Positions 10,605-24,500 are shown, counted from the stretch's first letter. The stretch: DNA of 64,000 bases from Albugo candida (GCA_040437565.1 JBDOQK010000006.1:496001-560000); one strand, 5' to 3'. The notes: generated from the letters alone by a model not told the origin. Made by a program: numbers and translations.

Positions 10605-12154
10605 TCACCTAATACTCATCGCTCTAGTCAACGACGCGCTCGAAAGCTCAGCTTTGGCAGCCGATAAACTTTTGGCTTTCTTCCGATTGACACCGAAAAC
10701 TTTCCAAAATCTTAAAGTCTCATCAGCAGCTCCAGAGACGATCGTGGACCCATCTGGAGACGCTGCCAAATGCAACACTCGAGAAGTATGTCCTGTGAGT
10801 TCCTTTAACTTCAACATATTCGGATACTTCCAGAGGCATATCTCGTTTTGGGAATATCCGTGAGATGAAATAAGCTCTTTCTCGGTTGTCGACCATATCA
10901 AAGCGCAAACTTGAGAGCCGGTGTCGACAGAATTGAGAACCGCTCCATTCGTAGTATTCCAGAATTTTATGGTCCGGTCGGCTGTCCCTCCTCCTGTAGC
11001 TAGCAGATTGCGTTCCCAAGGACACCATGCAATTGCTTTGACCGCCGCATTATGATACGCCAGTCGATGAACGGGTTCATGAGATCGATCATGGGACCCG
11101 CTGACCCCTGTAGGCATCAAAGTGGATTTCCATAAGCACAGCATGTTGTCATTACCTCCAGATGCTAGAGTTGAGCCATCTGGAGACCACTGAAGACCAC
11201 AAACTTCTTGTTCATGACTAGAAAGCGTCGCAATATTATGATTTCGGGCGCGCACGTCGTGATGGATAATATTACCATCTCTAGATCCGGATGAAAGGAT
11301 ATGAATGTTCCAAGCTAATGCCCCTACTCGTGCAGCATGTCCATCCATTGATCGCATCTGTTTGCATGCTTTGACATCCCACAACTGAACCATAGAGCTG
11401 CTCACTCCAACAGCCAAACATGGTGAAGACCCAACATCGCTCCACTGCACTGAGCTGATATAATCATCGCCTTTTAAAGTGACCAGTTCATCGATTGCTC
11501 CGCTTTCTGCATTCCACAAATAGAGACTTTGCCCCAAAGCAACTGCCAAGATGTTGTTTGATCCCCACGACAACAAATTCAAGTAGTAGTCATTCACCAG
11601 CTCAGGGGCATCCAGGACTTTTACAGGTGCGGATGGAACATATCGATTAAGCCTTCTGCTTGACATTGCTTTCGCAGAGCCAAGTTTGTTGAGTGAGTAT
11701 CGAGCAGCCAATGATGTCTGAAATGAATCTGGAAGTGCTTCAGAGGGTTTCGCAGTGAATTTGAGAATTTTGTAATTATCATTATCTCCATCTCTTCCAA
11801 ACAATGCTGTCGCTAGCCTCTTTTTGTAGATATGGGGAATGTCGTGTGTTGATTCTGGGGCATGAGATTCAGTGTCTGTGTTATTGAGATTTGTGTGATT
11901 ATCCTCCGAAATGTTTCTTGATCTCGCAGGCGTCGAGTGATTTGATTTCTGACCGACAGATTGCTTATCCAGTTCGGCTTCTACGGTACATTGTACCATG
12001 TCCATGTTCATGGCACTTCGATTCGGTATGAAGCGGTCATTGGTCTTGGTGTTATCATAAACAATACATTAATCTAAAGTACGGGACACGCTCAATCACT
12101 TCAATGACATACCGTAGTTGAAAGAATACCACGGCGAGTTGGTGTGTGCGCCAT
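10605..12154 (-). CDS. CDC20: APC/C activator Cdc20/fizzy
   Basis: Exon 1 MAHTPTRRGILSTT, an intron, then C-box DRFIPNR, KILK (KILR-like) motif, VLDAPELVNDYYLNLLSW, WD40 repeats and a C-terminal IR tail. Confidence 0.95.
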
Positions 12155-12248
12155 AGTGCTTGGGACGTTTGAATGACCTCGTAATCGGCTCTGATGGAGG
12201 ATTCGATGTTCCCGACACGGAGCGTCGAAATGCAAATTTTTGAAATTT

Positions 12249-12262
12249 GAAATTGGGAATGG
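12249..12262 (-). promoter_or_regulatory. Oomycete INR-FPR core promoter element of CDC20
   Basis: Minus strand CCATTCCCAATTTC fits YCATTYBNNNWTTY about 95 bp upstream of the ATG. A GATTGG box lies at about 12308. Confidence 0.5.
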
Positions 12263-12395
12263 AGATACTGTGCTGTGCTGAATAGAAGGCTATTTTTTGC
12301 AATTTTGGATTGGTAGAAAATAGTCCCTAATTGCTAAAAATTCTAGAACCATAATCTTCAGATGTTGCATTATTTCATTTTGACGTGCATTTTCG

Positions 12396-12905
12396 ATGTT
12401 GACAGACGTTGTGGATAGCAATGCCACTTGTGAAGATACTATTGTCGCTGAAAAACATTTATCTGCACTACAAGATAACATACATACGAAAGGTACAAAT
12501 AGCTATTATTACGCACATAAAGTGCGTCACGAAGCTGACAAAATTGAATGGGATGGGAACATCGCACCAAGATTATTGAGCTCACATTCACGATGCGCTA
12601 GCTCCGATGTGGTTGTCGAGACGATCAAAAAGTACTCGTGGTCCGATGGTAAAAGACGAGTACGTATTTACATAACTTTGCTTCAGATCGAATTTCATCC
12701 GACAGAGCAAATTGCCATCGACTGGACTGAAACTACTGTCACGTTAAACGTAAAAGAGTACAATGGGAAGACATTACGCCTGTCATTGGAAATTCACGAT
12801 AAAATTTGTGATGTTCAAATGATTCGGCGAGGAGATCGGCTAACTCTTAATCTCGAAAAAGGAACCAGTAACACGTGGAGCTCTTTACAAAAGTCCTTTG
12901 ATTGA
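12396..12905 (+). CDS. CS (p23/HSP20-like) domain co-chaperone-like protein
   Basis: 169-aa ORF with KGTNSYYYAH motif followed by CS pattern YSWSDG..VRIYI ... LTLNLEK...WSSL. Confidence 0.8.
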   Translation: MLTDVVDSNATCEDTIVAEKHLSALQDNIHTKGTNSYYYAHKVRHEADKIEWDGNIAPRLLSSHSRCASSDVVVETIKKYSWSDGKRRVRIYITLLQIEFHPTEQIAIDWTETTVTLNVKEYNGKTLRLSLEIHDKICDVQMIRRGDRLTLNLEKGTSNTWSSLQKSFD

Positions 12906-12947
12906 AAAATTGCATCAAACTATCTCTAATAGAAGTCCTTTTTTCCA

Positions 12948-14255
12948 TTAGTTGGCAGTTTGCTGTATGCGCGTTGCGTATAAAATTTCTCCGTCTTTGC
13001 TGTGAAAGTGGACGACAAAAGAGTGCCTGTCGATTTGTGCCGACATGAACCCATGCTGCATTGCAGCATGCACCAAGTCGAAGTTGGCGCGTGCTTCAGG
13101 CTGTAGTTCGTGAATCCGGTACCCGCCGGCACCAGATACGAAGTAATTTCGCGTCCAGCCTTCCTCCCGTTTGATAATGTGTTGCATGCAATGATCGTGC
13201 CCATTAAAGTATGCGTCGACTTTATGCTTCTTTAATAAAGGGTCCAAGTGACGAATCAATTCCGGCGTATCTGCGTTTCCAGCAAAGCTATAAACTGCCC
13301 AATGCCCTACGACAACCGTCCACATTTTCTCGATACCTTCGGGCTTCTCCGCTGACAATGTATCATCAATCCATTTGTATTGGGCAGAACGGGACTCCGG
13401 TGACGTTTGTTCAAGCATTGCCCCATTACATCGCCCATCTCGCGGTTCCTTCCCGCAAACAAGATCACACACATCTATGACAAGTATGCGAATGATTGTT
13501 TTGGGAGCAACTAATCTGTCGAGCGTGTAATAGCGCTCGGGAAAATACCATAATGAGTTTTTACGAGACGCATATTGATGCATTGCGTCAATCGATCCTT
13601 CGCAATCGTGATTACCGATTCTAAATCAAGATCTGCATCAGATCAGATGACACCCGCAATTTTGAGCACTTACGTTATGTACCACGGTATCTGCAATTGC
13701 GGTGATGTGTACATCTGCGCAACCATGTTAAGATTGTTTGAGTACAAAATTAAGTGTCACTTATCCGGGTAATTCCTTACATGCTCAAAGCGAGTGCGTA
13801 ATTCAGGATCATTCGGACTCTGTATGCTACAAAATGCAATAGAGGTAATCATGTATTTCACCCAAAAGCGTCCGCGCTAACCCGTTATTATAAATTTGAT
13901 CTCCTGTTGAAATTACAAACATTGGCGCGGGGTCCATAGTCGAAGCTAATCGGCCCATTGCTGCCGCAACTTGCGCCTGTGATTGCGTTCCAGTACCGTA
14001 GTCCCCAACGACGAGAAAATGAGTTGACTTACTGAAGATCAACTCATTCTCAGCATCCAAGTTGAATTGCAGATCGCTCAGTATTCCCTTTTTTTCGAGT
14101 GAATCAACATGTGGTGGAGACGTGGACGATGATGTCAGCCAATAATAACTAATTGTCAGTAGCCAGAAGCACAGAAAGCTGCATGATGTGATTTTGAGCC
14201 AATATTCATATTTCGAAGCAATGTTGTACTGATAGCTGGAAGATTCTGTGGTCAT
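12948..14255 (-). CDS. Purple/tartrate-resistant acid phosphatase with N-terminal membrane anchor (multi-exon)
   Basis: Spliced motifs VGDYG, TGDQIY, GNHD, VGHW, NGHDH and VSGAG, with hydrophobic segment SFLCFWLLTISYYWL. Confidence 0.9.
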
Positions 14256-14260
14256 TCGGC

Positions 14261-14816
14261 GCAACGTATTCCGACAGCTATCATCATTTTTCTTGCATAA
14301 ACCTGCTTCGAGCAGCATGCCGCTAAAACGGATATACTTAAGGAATTTACTCATTGAAGCATTAGGTTCGAATAAACATGCGGGTCCGCAGTAAGAAATA
14401 ACTGGCAGAATAGCAAAATGATTTATATTTATTACAATTAAGTACTGCAACTCAACAAGCTACAATCAAACAGCTGAATCCATGATGANNNNNNNNNNNN
14501 NNNNNNNNNNNNNNNNNNNNNNNNNNNNNNNNNNNNNNNNNNNNNNNNNNNNNNNNNNNNNNNNNNNNNNNNNNNNNNNNNNNNNNNNGCAACGTATTCC
14601 GACAGCTATCATCATTTTTCTTGCATAAACCTGCTTCGAGCAGCATGCCGCTAAAACGGATATACTTAAGGAATTTACTCATTGAAGCATTAGGTTCGAA
14701 TAAACATGCGGGTCCGCAGTAAGAAATAACTGGCAGAATAGCAAAATGACTTATATTTATTACAATTAAGTACTGCAACTCAACAAGCTACAATCAAACA
14801 GCTGAATCCATGATGA
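14261..14816. repeat. Gap-flanking direct duplication (14261-14488 = 14589-14816, one SNP); assembly artefact
   Basis: Same sequence around gap 14489-14588 except T14422 vs C14750. Confidence 0.9.
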
Positions 14817-14890
14817 CGTAATGAGGTCATCAAAAGCAGTTCCAGCACTTTTGCAGTGTATCCAAATTGACGTGATGAGGTCGTGGACAA
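14714..14890 (-). repeat. Inverted second copy of the terminus of the 120-bp tandem-array element
   Basis: Reverse complement aligns to 35074-~35252, near-identical for about 130 bp and then degenerate. It runs into gap 14891-14990. Confidence 0.9.
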
Positions 14891-16401
14891 NNNNNNNNNN
14901 NNNNNNNNNNNNNNNNNNNNNNNNNNNNNNNNNNNNNNNNNNNNNNNNNNNNNNNNNNNNNNNNNNNNNNNNNNNNNNNNNNNNNNNNNNTGAAAGTTAA
15001 TTAACACGTTACAATTAATTTGAACATGACATGTATCTACGACTGTATTGCGCTCTTACATGAATGGCTCCAGTCTAACAACTTTCATCCAGTTGGAATA
15101 GATCGTCCTCTATACAATTTCTAACCTTCCGTTGTTATACGCGAGCTTGATTGCCAAAGGTGGGATCCAGACAATTCTTGAGTGCGATTTGATGGTATGT
15201 GATCAAAGTATCTTGAGGCTACTATGATCTCCGGTCCGTTGAATACCGACGCAACATACATAAGGTCGGTAAAGGTAGTCGCAGCAATGCCATTGTCTAT
15301 TGGTTCTTCAAAGTTGGCTTCACTTACTGCTGCTCTCCGGAAGACTGTTTGATTCTATCCCGTAGTGGCTACTACACTAATGCCACTGCACTTTTTCGCG
15401 GTGCTACGCGTCAACTGGTTGTAGAAAGTCGCTGTATAGAAGCGCTAGGTTTGACTATATATAAATGCCGAAGATGAATGCTACCCAGGAAAAAAGTGTC
15501 TTGGAGCCGTCTGATTCAGGTCGAAATCGAGCAAACTGAGCAGTAATATCGTCCATCATTGTACTTCCAATTGGATAGATGCTTCCTTCAATATATAAAC
15601 CATCTCCATGCCTACGTACTTCACTGCAATTCCCGATTTCGTCGTATCGTTTGGCATGTGGCCAATTGTATCGTGTTTATATGTCAACGTAGCAAGAGTC
15701 CATCTTGGCGCGACTTTCTTCAAATATAAGGGTCTCGAAAAGATGCATTTCATATTTTTTTGTTTGGATCACGTGAGCGCGACGAATGGACTGGGTATAC
15801 TAATGTCAACCACTGGTTTCCAACAAAATCTTCTATATAATGTCAGATGTCTTCAGCCACAGCTCTGAAGCGCTGTACAAAAACGCAGTATGCCAAGTCT
15901 GTGCGCCGCGATCATCACAGCAACTACAAAATTCGAAATTGTGTCAGCCATTCAGTCGAGAAAAACGATCAATTAGAGGCTCTAAAATTGATAAAAGCTG
16001 TAATCGATGTGTGTGACTGCCTAAAGTTTTTATGTATTCGGAACGCGTTGATGACATCCACTGCGGCTTGAAACGTGTGAATCGAAAAGTATTTTTCCAA
16101 ATCGAACCTGCTCGTACGTTTTGACCTTCAGGCGTTGCTCATAAAGTTGAAAGCGTCTGTCACAAGGTCTCAAGTGTAGTTGTCCATTTACTTGAGACAC
16201 CTGGAGGCTCAACACTTTCCGAAATTGCGATCGTACTCTATCGATACGGTATACCGATGTGCGAACGGTATGACTTTGCTTCAAATTTTTAGTCATAAAA
16301 TCGGTCTGAGGAGCAAGCTGACGAGAAATCGATCTTTGCATCAAAAGAACGTGTAAATTCACCACATAATAAATACAGTTTTTCTTCAATAATCTCTTCG
16401 T

Positions 16402-19400
16402 ATGAGCTTTTTATATTCGACGCGTGTAGTACGTAAAACAAATGAAGTACCTCCTAAACTTGTGGAAAAAAAGACTCGATTTTATCAGAAATCCAGTCAC
16501 CAAAAAGCCTCATCGACCACATCAATGGACTCGGCCGAAAGTACTCAAGAAGAAGAGAAAAAGGAGGAGCCAATCGCAAGTATACCACCGTCATCGGATC
16601 CAGTACTATCATTCGGTCGTAATCTCCGTACTCAGAGCTGTCACACAGAACTGAAGAGCTCCTCAGATGCCACTTGCAGTGGAAAAAAGGATGAAAAATC
16701 TAATAGTGTGTGGAATATGTGGTCATCCAATCACCTTAAAAATGTGCAGGAATCAGGTCCTGTGGTCCCTCCCTTAACAATCTTGAATCCATACGCTTTG
16801 GGGATTAGAGAAAGTGAGCATCTAAAGTCCTCTTGGTTTTGGATTGTACAAGCTATTGATACAGCTGTGTACCCATCATCGTACATGGAAGACAAGTCAG
16901 ACGGCAAAGGGGATCGAGAATACAATTTGGAAGCGCTGTCTCGGGAACAAGATGAAGCGTGGGAGAAAGATATATCACAAAAGGGCATTGATACATGGGA
17001 ACCAATACCTCATCTCGTTCATTCTAAAGAATCGCTCGCTTTTGATATCCTCCTCCAGCACGTAATGGATCGTGTATTGGAAGAAACGACATTGGGGGAG
17101 CTTGAGATCCGAGCAAATACACCAGAGTACAAAGTATTAAAGGAGGATTGGGTCGCTCACACTGAGAAAAATCAACGAGCTCTTATTACACCGTTAAAAG
17201 CAGTTGCAAGGCTTCCTGCGTCGTTGATCATTCATTCCGATTGCGACCAAATTGAGACGGAAGGAGCAAAAGCGTGTCAAAAAGGAACGGAAGTGACAAT
17301 TTCTGGATACTTACGAAAGCGTGGAGAAACAAACAAATCGTTTAGACGGCGGTACATGGAGCTAAAGGGAAATGTTTTATCGTATTACAAGAAGAAACCC
17401 TCTTTGAAATCACGTGAAGAGAATAAAACATATCTTCGTGGATCCATACATTTGGAGAGTGTCACTTCATTACAACCGCTCGAGTCCAAAACGGAGAAAT
17501 ATGGAGTTGTTCTGGTGACAACATCAAGAACCTGGGAACTGGTCGTTGAAAATGAGATTGAATACCATCGCTGGCTCAAGGAATTGTGCAATGCTGTCGA
17601 ATTCTACGCAGTTCATATCACATACAAACGGATGTTCCAATTGCAAGAAGTAAGCGCTAAAGCCATCACTGATGTTCGGATGGTCATTGCAACTGATGAC
17701 ACGGTTCAAGAGATTGTCGAACATATTTTCAACTGCTACAAGCAAGCATTGGACGCTGCTCCACTCAAACCATACATCCCTGAAGAATATGTGCTGAAAA
17801 TCACGGGCTATCGCGACTACTTGATCGATCCAAATGGTAGCATGAATCAGTACATGCACGTACGAGAATGTCTTCTCACCAAAAAAACCATTCGGCTAAC
17901 TGTCATTCACAAATCTGTCATTTCGGAAATAGCCACACGAAGCGCGAGTATCTCGTCCCGAATCGGTTTGATTCAGCGATCAATGGAAGCACGGTCGAAA
18001 TGCGCAATCTATGCGCGCTCAAGGCAACAACATTCCAATAGTCTCACAGAAGAACCAAGTATCATGGCTGTGGATCAAGATAGGAAGGATGAAGGTGTCC
18101 TGCCACAACCAATTCCCAGTGCATCGATTCGAGAACCACTACGCGTTTGCATTCATCGTTTACTGAATATTCCACGCACAATTTGCCACCGAAAACGAAC
18201 GAGTGAGCATTCTTCAGTTGAGCAGAAAATCTTGTCGGCGACCAGCGTGTTCGTACGAGCTGAGATTTATCATGGGAATTATCTTTTGGCTAAATCTCGA
18301 CTTGACACATCAGATGTTCGGCTACGTTCACAAGATGAATCTCATCATTACGCTGAATGGATGGACCCGATATGGCTCGAATTCGACCTTCAAACTTGCG
18401 CAATTCCACGAACTGCTCGTATGATATTTACAGTGTATGGTGTTCGGAAGAATGCAGTAGTCATTGATGGCTTGTCAACGTCGCCAGTCCACGAGAATAA
18501 CGACTTGGAGACCGACAAGATTCTCGTCACCGGTGTGAATATCTTTGAAGTCGATGGATTCCTTGTTACAGGAACACGATATGTTGCAATGTATCCCAGC
18601 ATACACACCTGTCTCCAAGGCCCGGTACCTCATCAAGTACTTCCGGAAGATCCAATGATTCACATTGAACTCGCAACAATTCCAGGACATGTTCGTTTTG
18701 ACTGGAACGAAAATGAGCCGGATTTCACGCAACTTGTAGATCGATCGAGTCAGGCTGCAACACGTCCATCGATGCTCCGAAAAGAAGGCTGGCTGCATAA
18801 GCTGGGGTACTCGCGATGGACTCGATGGCGCCGTCGATGGTTCATTGTGGACCAACAGACTTGTACATTAAACTACGCGGACGATCCAAAATCAATCGTA
18901 CGCGAGATCCCGCTGAAGAATTGTCAGGTTTGTGTAGCGGACGATATGAATGAGAAATATACGACAGCACCGGTGAACAAAGGAACCAGAAAGGAGCGTC
19001 ACACGTACTGTTTCAAGATTCGTCCCGAAAAATCGTCACGAGAGTATTTCATTTCGGCCGAGACAAAGCAAGAACGGGAAGAATGGATGCTTGCCATTCT
19101 CACAGTTTCCAAATACGATCCAGCGTCGCTCAAAGCAACCATGATTGGCGATACATTGGACTCAGATGTGTATAAAAGCGAGCAGGCAGAGCAGATGGAA
19201 GCTGGAAACTTGCAAGTCGTGGTCAATCGTGGCTCCGATGAACGAAACGCGGAAGATCTTTCACAAAAACCTTTAGTAATCACGGAATCTGACCCGCAAT
19301 ATGGTCAGCACATTCTCGCGTCATTCGCTCGAGAATTAAGAAGAGATTCAATCGCTATTAGTGAATCATTCTCGCAAGTAAATCCAGACAGCATTGTGAA

Positions 19401-21493
19401 TGAGCTCCAACGTGTTATTTTATTAGATCCTCTATATCGCCTCAGTCCGTACCAGAAAGCACAAATGTGGTGTCATCGAGAAGAGTTCATGGACATTCCG
19501 GCTGCACTGCCCCGCATACTATCGTGTGTCAACTGGGAGAAGAAGAAAGAAGTCGATGAAGCACTTCAATTGCTTCATTCTTGGGCGATTCCTGATCACA
19601 AAGCTGCGTATATTGAATTTCTGGATAAAGAATTTGCTCACGAAGGCGTTCGCTTTTTTGCGGTCAGAAAAATTGCTGAAATGGCCGATACGACACTCAG
19701 CTACTTCCTCCCACAATTGGTGCAAGCAATCAAATTCGAAAATCACCACGTGTCTCCCATCGCCGCTCTTTTGATTGAACGTGCAATTCGAAATCCGAAT
19801 CAAATTGGCTTTGATCTTTTTTGGTCCATGAAAGTGGAATCGCATCATGTGCAGTACCGCGAGCGATATGGTGTACTATTAAATGGATACTTGAATGTTT
19901 GCAGCTCAAAAATGCGTGGAATATTAAAGCTTCAAGATCAGTTGTTCTCTGCAGACGGCACATTTGACAAGATCTGTCAGCAAATAAAAGCAAAAAAGAA
20001 GGAAGGTGCCGAAGAGATGAAGCGTGTAATGCGTCAAGAATTAACGGCTTTAAATGAGCATTTCAGCGGTCCATTCCAGCTACCCATTGATCCCCGAATN
20101 NNNNNNNNNNNNNNNNNNNNNNNNNNNNNNNNNNNNNNNNNNNNNNNNNNNNNNNNNNNNNNNNNNNNNNNNNNNNNNNNNNNNNNNNNNNNNNNNNNNT
20201 TTGATCTTTTTTGGTCCATGAAAGTGGAATCGCATCATGTGCAGTACCGCGAGCGATATGGTGTACTATTAAATGGATACTTGAATGTTTGCAGCTCAAA
20301 AATGCGTGGAATATTAAAGCTTCAAGATCAGTTGTTCTCTGCAGACGGCACATTTGACAAGATCTGTCAGCAAATAAAAGCAAAAAAGAAGGAAGGTGCC
20401 GAAGAGATGAAGCGTGTAATGCGTCAAGAATTAACGGCTTTAAATGAGCATTTCAGCGGTCCATTCCAGCTACCCATTGATCCCCGAATCGAAGTTGGGC
20501 GAATAATTGTATCAAAATGTCGAGTGATGGATTCCGCGAAAAAACCGCTATGGCTCGTGTTTGAAAATGCAGAACAAGGCGGTGATCCGATCACAATTAT
20601 GTTCAAGTCTGGAGACGATGTTCGACAAGATTGTTTGACTCTACAGCTAATTCGTCTGATGGATGAAATGTGGCGAGATGAAGGCTTGGATCTCGCCATG
20701 GAGCCATATCGATGCGTAGCAACGTCACCGATGACGGGTATCCTTCAAGTCGTTCCGAATTCTGTCACGACCGCAGACATACACAAACGAGTCGGTATTT
20801 TGGGTGCGTTCAAGGATCCAAGCTTTTCTGAATGGATACAAGCTAATAATCCCGATCGACGAAGTCACAAAGCCGCTGTTGATTTGTTTCGCCGATCCTG
20901 TGCCGGCTACTGCGTTGCAACTTGTGTCTTGGGCATTGGTGATCGACACAATGATAATATTATGGTATGAAATGTGCGTTGGATGGATGAAATCACTGAG
21001 CAAGATGTTTTGTGTGGTAGATATCGACGTCAGGACGATACTTTCACATCGATTTCGGACACTTTCTCGGCCATTTCAAGTATCAGGTACTGTCTTGCGC
21101 TATGATCTTTTTATCTCTCTGATGTATTTTGCTCGCTAGTTGGGTCTCAAGCGAGAGCGAACGCCATTTGTGTTTACAAAGGAAATGGCTCATGTGCTCG
21201 GAGGCACGGAATCAAAAGAATTTCGAGATTTTGTAGACACATGTTGCACTGCGTATTGTATCCTTCGCAAGCATATGCATCTATTAGTGTCCTTGCTTTT
21301 ATTGATGGTTCCAGCTAACATGCCCGAACTCACTGGAAGGGATGATATCAATCATTTGGTCACCACATTGGCACCCGAACTCGATGAAGCTGCAGCCCGA
21401 ACGAGTTTTGCCCATGCGATTAACTTTTGCCTGGACAGCAAATTCAAAAGAATTGACAACACGATTCATATCCTCGCACATCTCTTATCGTAA
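16402..21493 (+). CDS. Class I-like phosphoinositide 3-kinase with two PH domains
   Basis: PH1 (GYLRKRG..KSFRRRY), RBD-like segment (YVLKITGYRDYL), C2, PH2 (KEGWLHKLG..WRRRWF), helical domain (FLPQLVQAIKFE), and kinase motifs KSGDDVRQD, GIGDRHNDN and HIDFGH. Introns at 20965-21020 and 21087-21139. Start codon uncertain. Confidence 0.92.
19810..20489. repeat. Gap-flanking direct duplication (19810-20099 = 20200-20489); assembly artefact inside PI3K
   Basis: Same sequence around gap 20100-20199. Confidence 0.9.
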
Positions 21494-21514
21494 GCGCTAA
21501 AGCCAAATTGTATT

Positions 21515-24500
21515 CTATTCATGATGCGTTTCAGTACTCTCCTTACTCGGCTGATCGAGCTTTTTCCCCGATCGTATCCGACTGGAGTCAGTGGATGTGT
21601 GCTCAGAGAGACCGCTGATTTTGACTAATTGACGTGGTAGAATGTCTGGAGACCATTCACTCGCTCTCCGTCTTCCTTTTCCTACAGCGACAGCAACCTC
21701 ACTTAAAGAATGCAATCGTGTTCGAGCCTGTTGTCGAGTCGCTATCGTTTGGTACGCTTGGCTACGATGCAAAAGCTCAAGTATCCGAGCCTGTTGCAAG
21801 CTGGTCAATGTGAACATATCGTCTTCAAATAAGACGGCTCCAAGTTGGCTGAGAAGAAATATGCTCACGGAAGGGATTGCATCCGCCATAGTTCTACAAT
21901 CACAAGTTAATAACCGTCTCGATCGATGGAATTCATACAGCCTACTGGAAATCCTGCACCGATAACGAGTACAAAACACATTTGCTCGAGCTTACTGTGA
22001 CAGTAAGTTTGTACTGGTACTTCTCCTTCGGCTTGGCGATCAAAGCATATTGCTCAATCAATGCTGTGTTTCGCAGATTTCGTTCATAGTGAGTCTCTGG
22101 GTTCCTAGCGTGACACGTTCCTTCCACAAGGAAAAACATTTCGACACCAGCAGTATTGGCCTGACACACGCGTTCAAATCTTCGAAAGAAAATGGGTTTG
22201 AGAAGGAAGAGGATATATGACACAAAGCCTTTTATGGACGCTTCCATGACAGTGATCACTGGAATGGCAAATAAGGTCTCCGTCGCAACCAAACGTGCTG
22301 CATCAAAGCGAAGACTTGGTGGCATTTGATCAAATAACTAGCGAGCAAAGTGTTACCGCCACGCTCTATTCTTTTGTATCGCTCACCTTTTCTTCAGGAA
22401 ACAAACAAGTGCTCGAGATATTGTATCGATAGTGCTACAGAGCCATTTTTATTGGCTTTTTGATCGATTTGGGATGCATTGTACATTACCGCTTTAATGT
22501 TTTTGCAGACAGTAGCGTTGATGCACACATTGCGGATATAATCCTTCATTTCAGTCATCAGCAATCGATACTCACGCTCCGATGGATTCAGATTCTTGAT
22601 CAATGTGATGACGCACGCGAGGATGTATCCAAACACAATTGCATTGAGCACAGTAAGGAAAATGACAAGTGACAGCTCGTACATAGAGTACAGACTTGGC
22701 TTTATGTCTCCATAGCCGACAGTTGTGAGCGTTGTAAAAGCCCAATATAACGCCGCGATGTATCGACTTTTCATTGGAATGTTTTCGGTGCAAGATCCAG
22801 AAGCCGGAAGCGGATTTCGATGGAAAAATGTCTCGACGCACCAATTGCTCAAATGGCTACTCTCACTCAAAAGTGCGGCTGCGTGGAAAGCACATGCATT
22901 CCAATGAGAAAAAAGTGTCATCAGTAGCATCAATTTGCCCAACCGCTCCGTCGATGGACTCAACTACTCGATATACAATCAGTTTAACCAAAAGTGTTGT
23001 GATGTTGGCACGTACCTGAACAAACTCACGTATTTTGCCAAAGACACGAGTAAGACGGATGAGACGAACGAGTTTGAGAAGACGTGCGACGCGAGTGAGA
23101 CGCAAGAGTTTGGTCGGTAGAAATGAGATTTTTTTCTCGTTCGTCGAATGTAAAAACCAACTGCGTCAACTAACGTTGGAAATCGACGTGAGAGGCTACA
23201 AACAACTTACCCGGCGAGCTGGTCGAATGGAAGGGTCGATAACAAGTCAGGCACAAAGGACCCCTTCATGTACCGGATAGCGATTCGTCTGGAACTATAT
23301 ATCAAAACGCGTTCGTCGTCAAAGTACGCCGTTCGAAAACTTAGTAGAATATCGATGAAGAAGAAGATATCAACCCCGAGTTCGAAGTAATACCATCCGC
23401 CAATTGCGTCATAGTCGAAACCCAAACGTAATGGAACCATAATGATCGAGTACAGTATTCCGGCTCCCGAAATTACCTGTCTGATGATCAAAGATGTCGC
23501 CTGTGGATGCAAAATATAGGCACCTTTCAACAATCGCTGTTCATTTATCAGGTTATGTCGCGTTGGTCTGGCTTGGAATGAATTTCGGATTTTTGTGATC
23601 AAATGACGCATGTTACTTGCTTCGCTCTGCCGCTTTTTGGGGGCATACTTGGTGGAAATTGACAACCGGGACTTTAGACGACATCGGAATGGATTCTTAA
23701 GTCGGGGCTTTTGTTTAGCGGCACTAGAAACAGCGCTTTCTGGTACAGGTGAAAATGGCACTTTTTCACGATCTTCATGCTGACCGGAGTCACTTTCTTC
23801 ATCACTATTGTGCAAGCTCGATGCAATAGATGTGTTGGAATTTATCAGGGGTAGTGTGGGTAACAGAGAGAGATCTTTCGATCGATTGAAGGAAGCTGGA
23901 ACGACAACACTTTTATGTTTCTTGACGGATGTGGTCATCTGAGTGCCTTTCATGACCAAAGTTGCTGGAATCGCTGGATTATCAGCCTCATGGTTCGGTA
24001 CAAAACCATCATTAAAAGACAAATTCGTTTTCTCCTCGTATAGGAGTATGTTTTCTTGAGCAGCTTGATCGAAATGTTGTCGTATTTCGGGCCATTGATC
24101 ACCTTTATGGCCAGAAAAGTTATTCTGTCAGACAATCGCNNNNNNNNNNNNNNNNNNNNNNNNNNNNNNNNNNNNNNNNNNNNNNNNNNNNNNNNNNNNN
24201 NNNNNNNNNNNNNNNNNNNNNNNNNNNNNNNNNNNNNNNGGCATACTTGGTGGAAATTGACAACCGGGACTTTAGACGACATCGGAATGGATTCTTAAGT
24301 CGGGGCTTTTGTTTAGCGGCACTAGAAACAGCGCTTTCTGGTACAGGTGAAAATGGCACTTTTTCACGATCTTCATGCTGACCGGAGTCACTTTCTTCAT
24401 CACTACTGTGCAAGCTCGATGCAATAGATGTGTTGGAATTTATCAGGGGTAGTGTGGGTAACAGAGAGAGATCTTTCGATCGATTGAAGGAAGCTGGAAC

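Noticed and set aside
14991-16400. Effector or transposase gene in the long intergenic stretch
   Set aside because: Only short ORFs with no signal peptide, RxLR/CCG-type motif or transposase motif that I can recognise.
19810-20489. Internal domain repeat in PI3K
   Set aside because: Gap-flanking artefact; collapsing it restores a normal helical-kinase junction.
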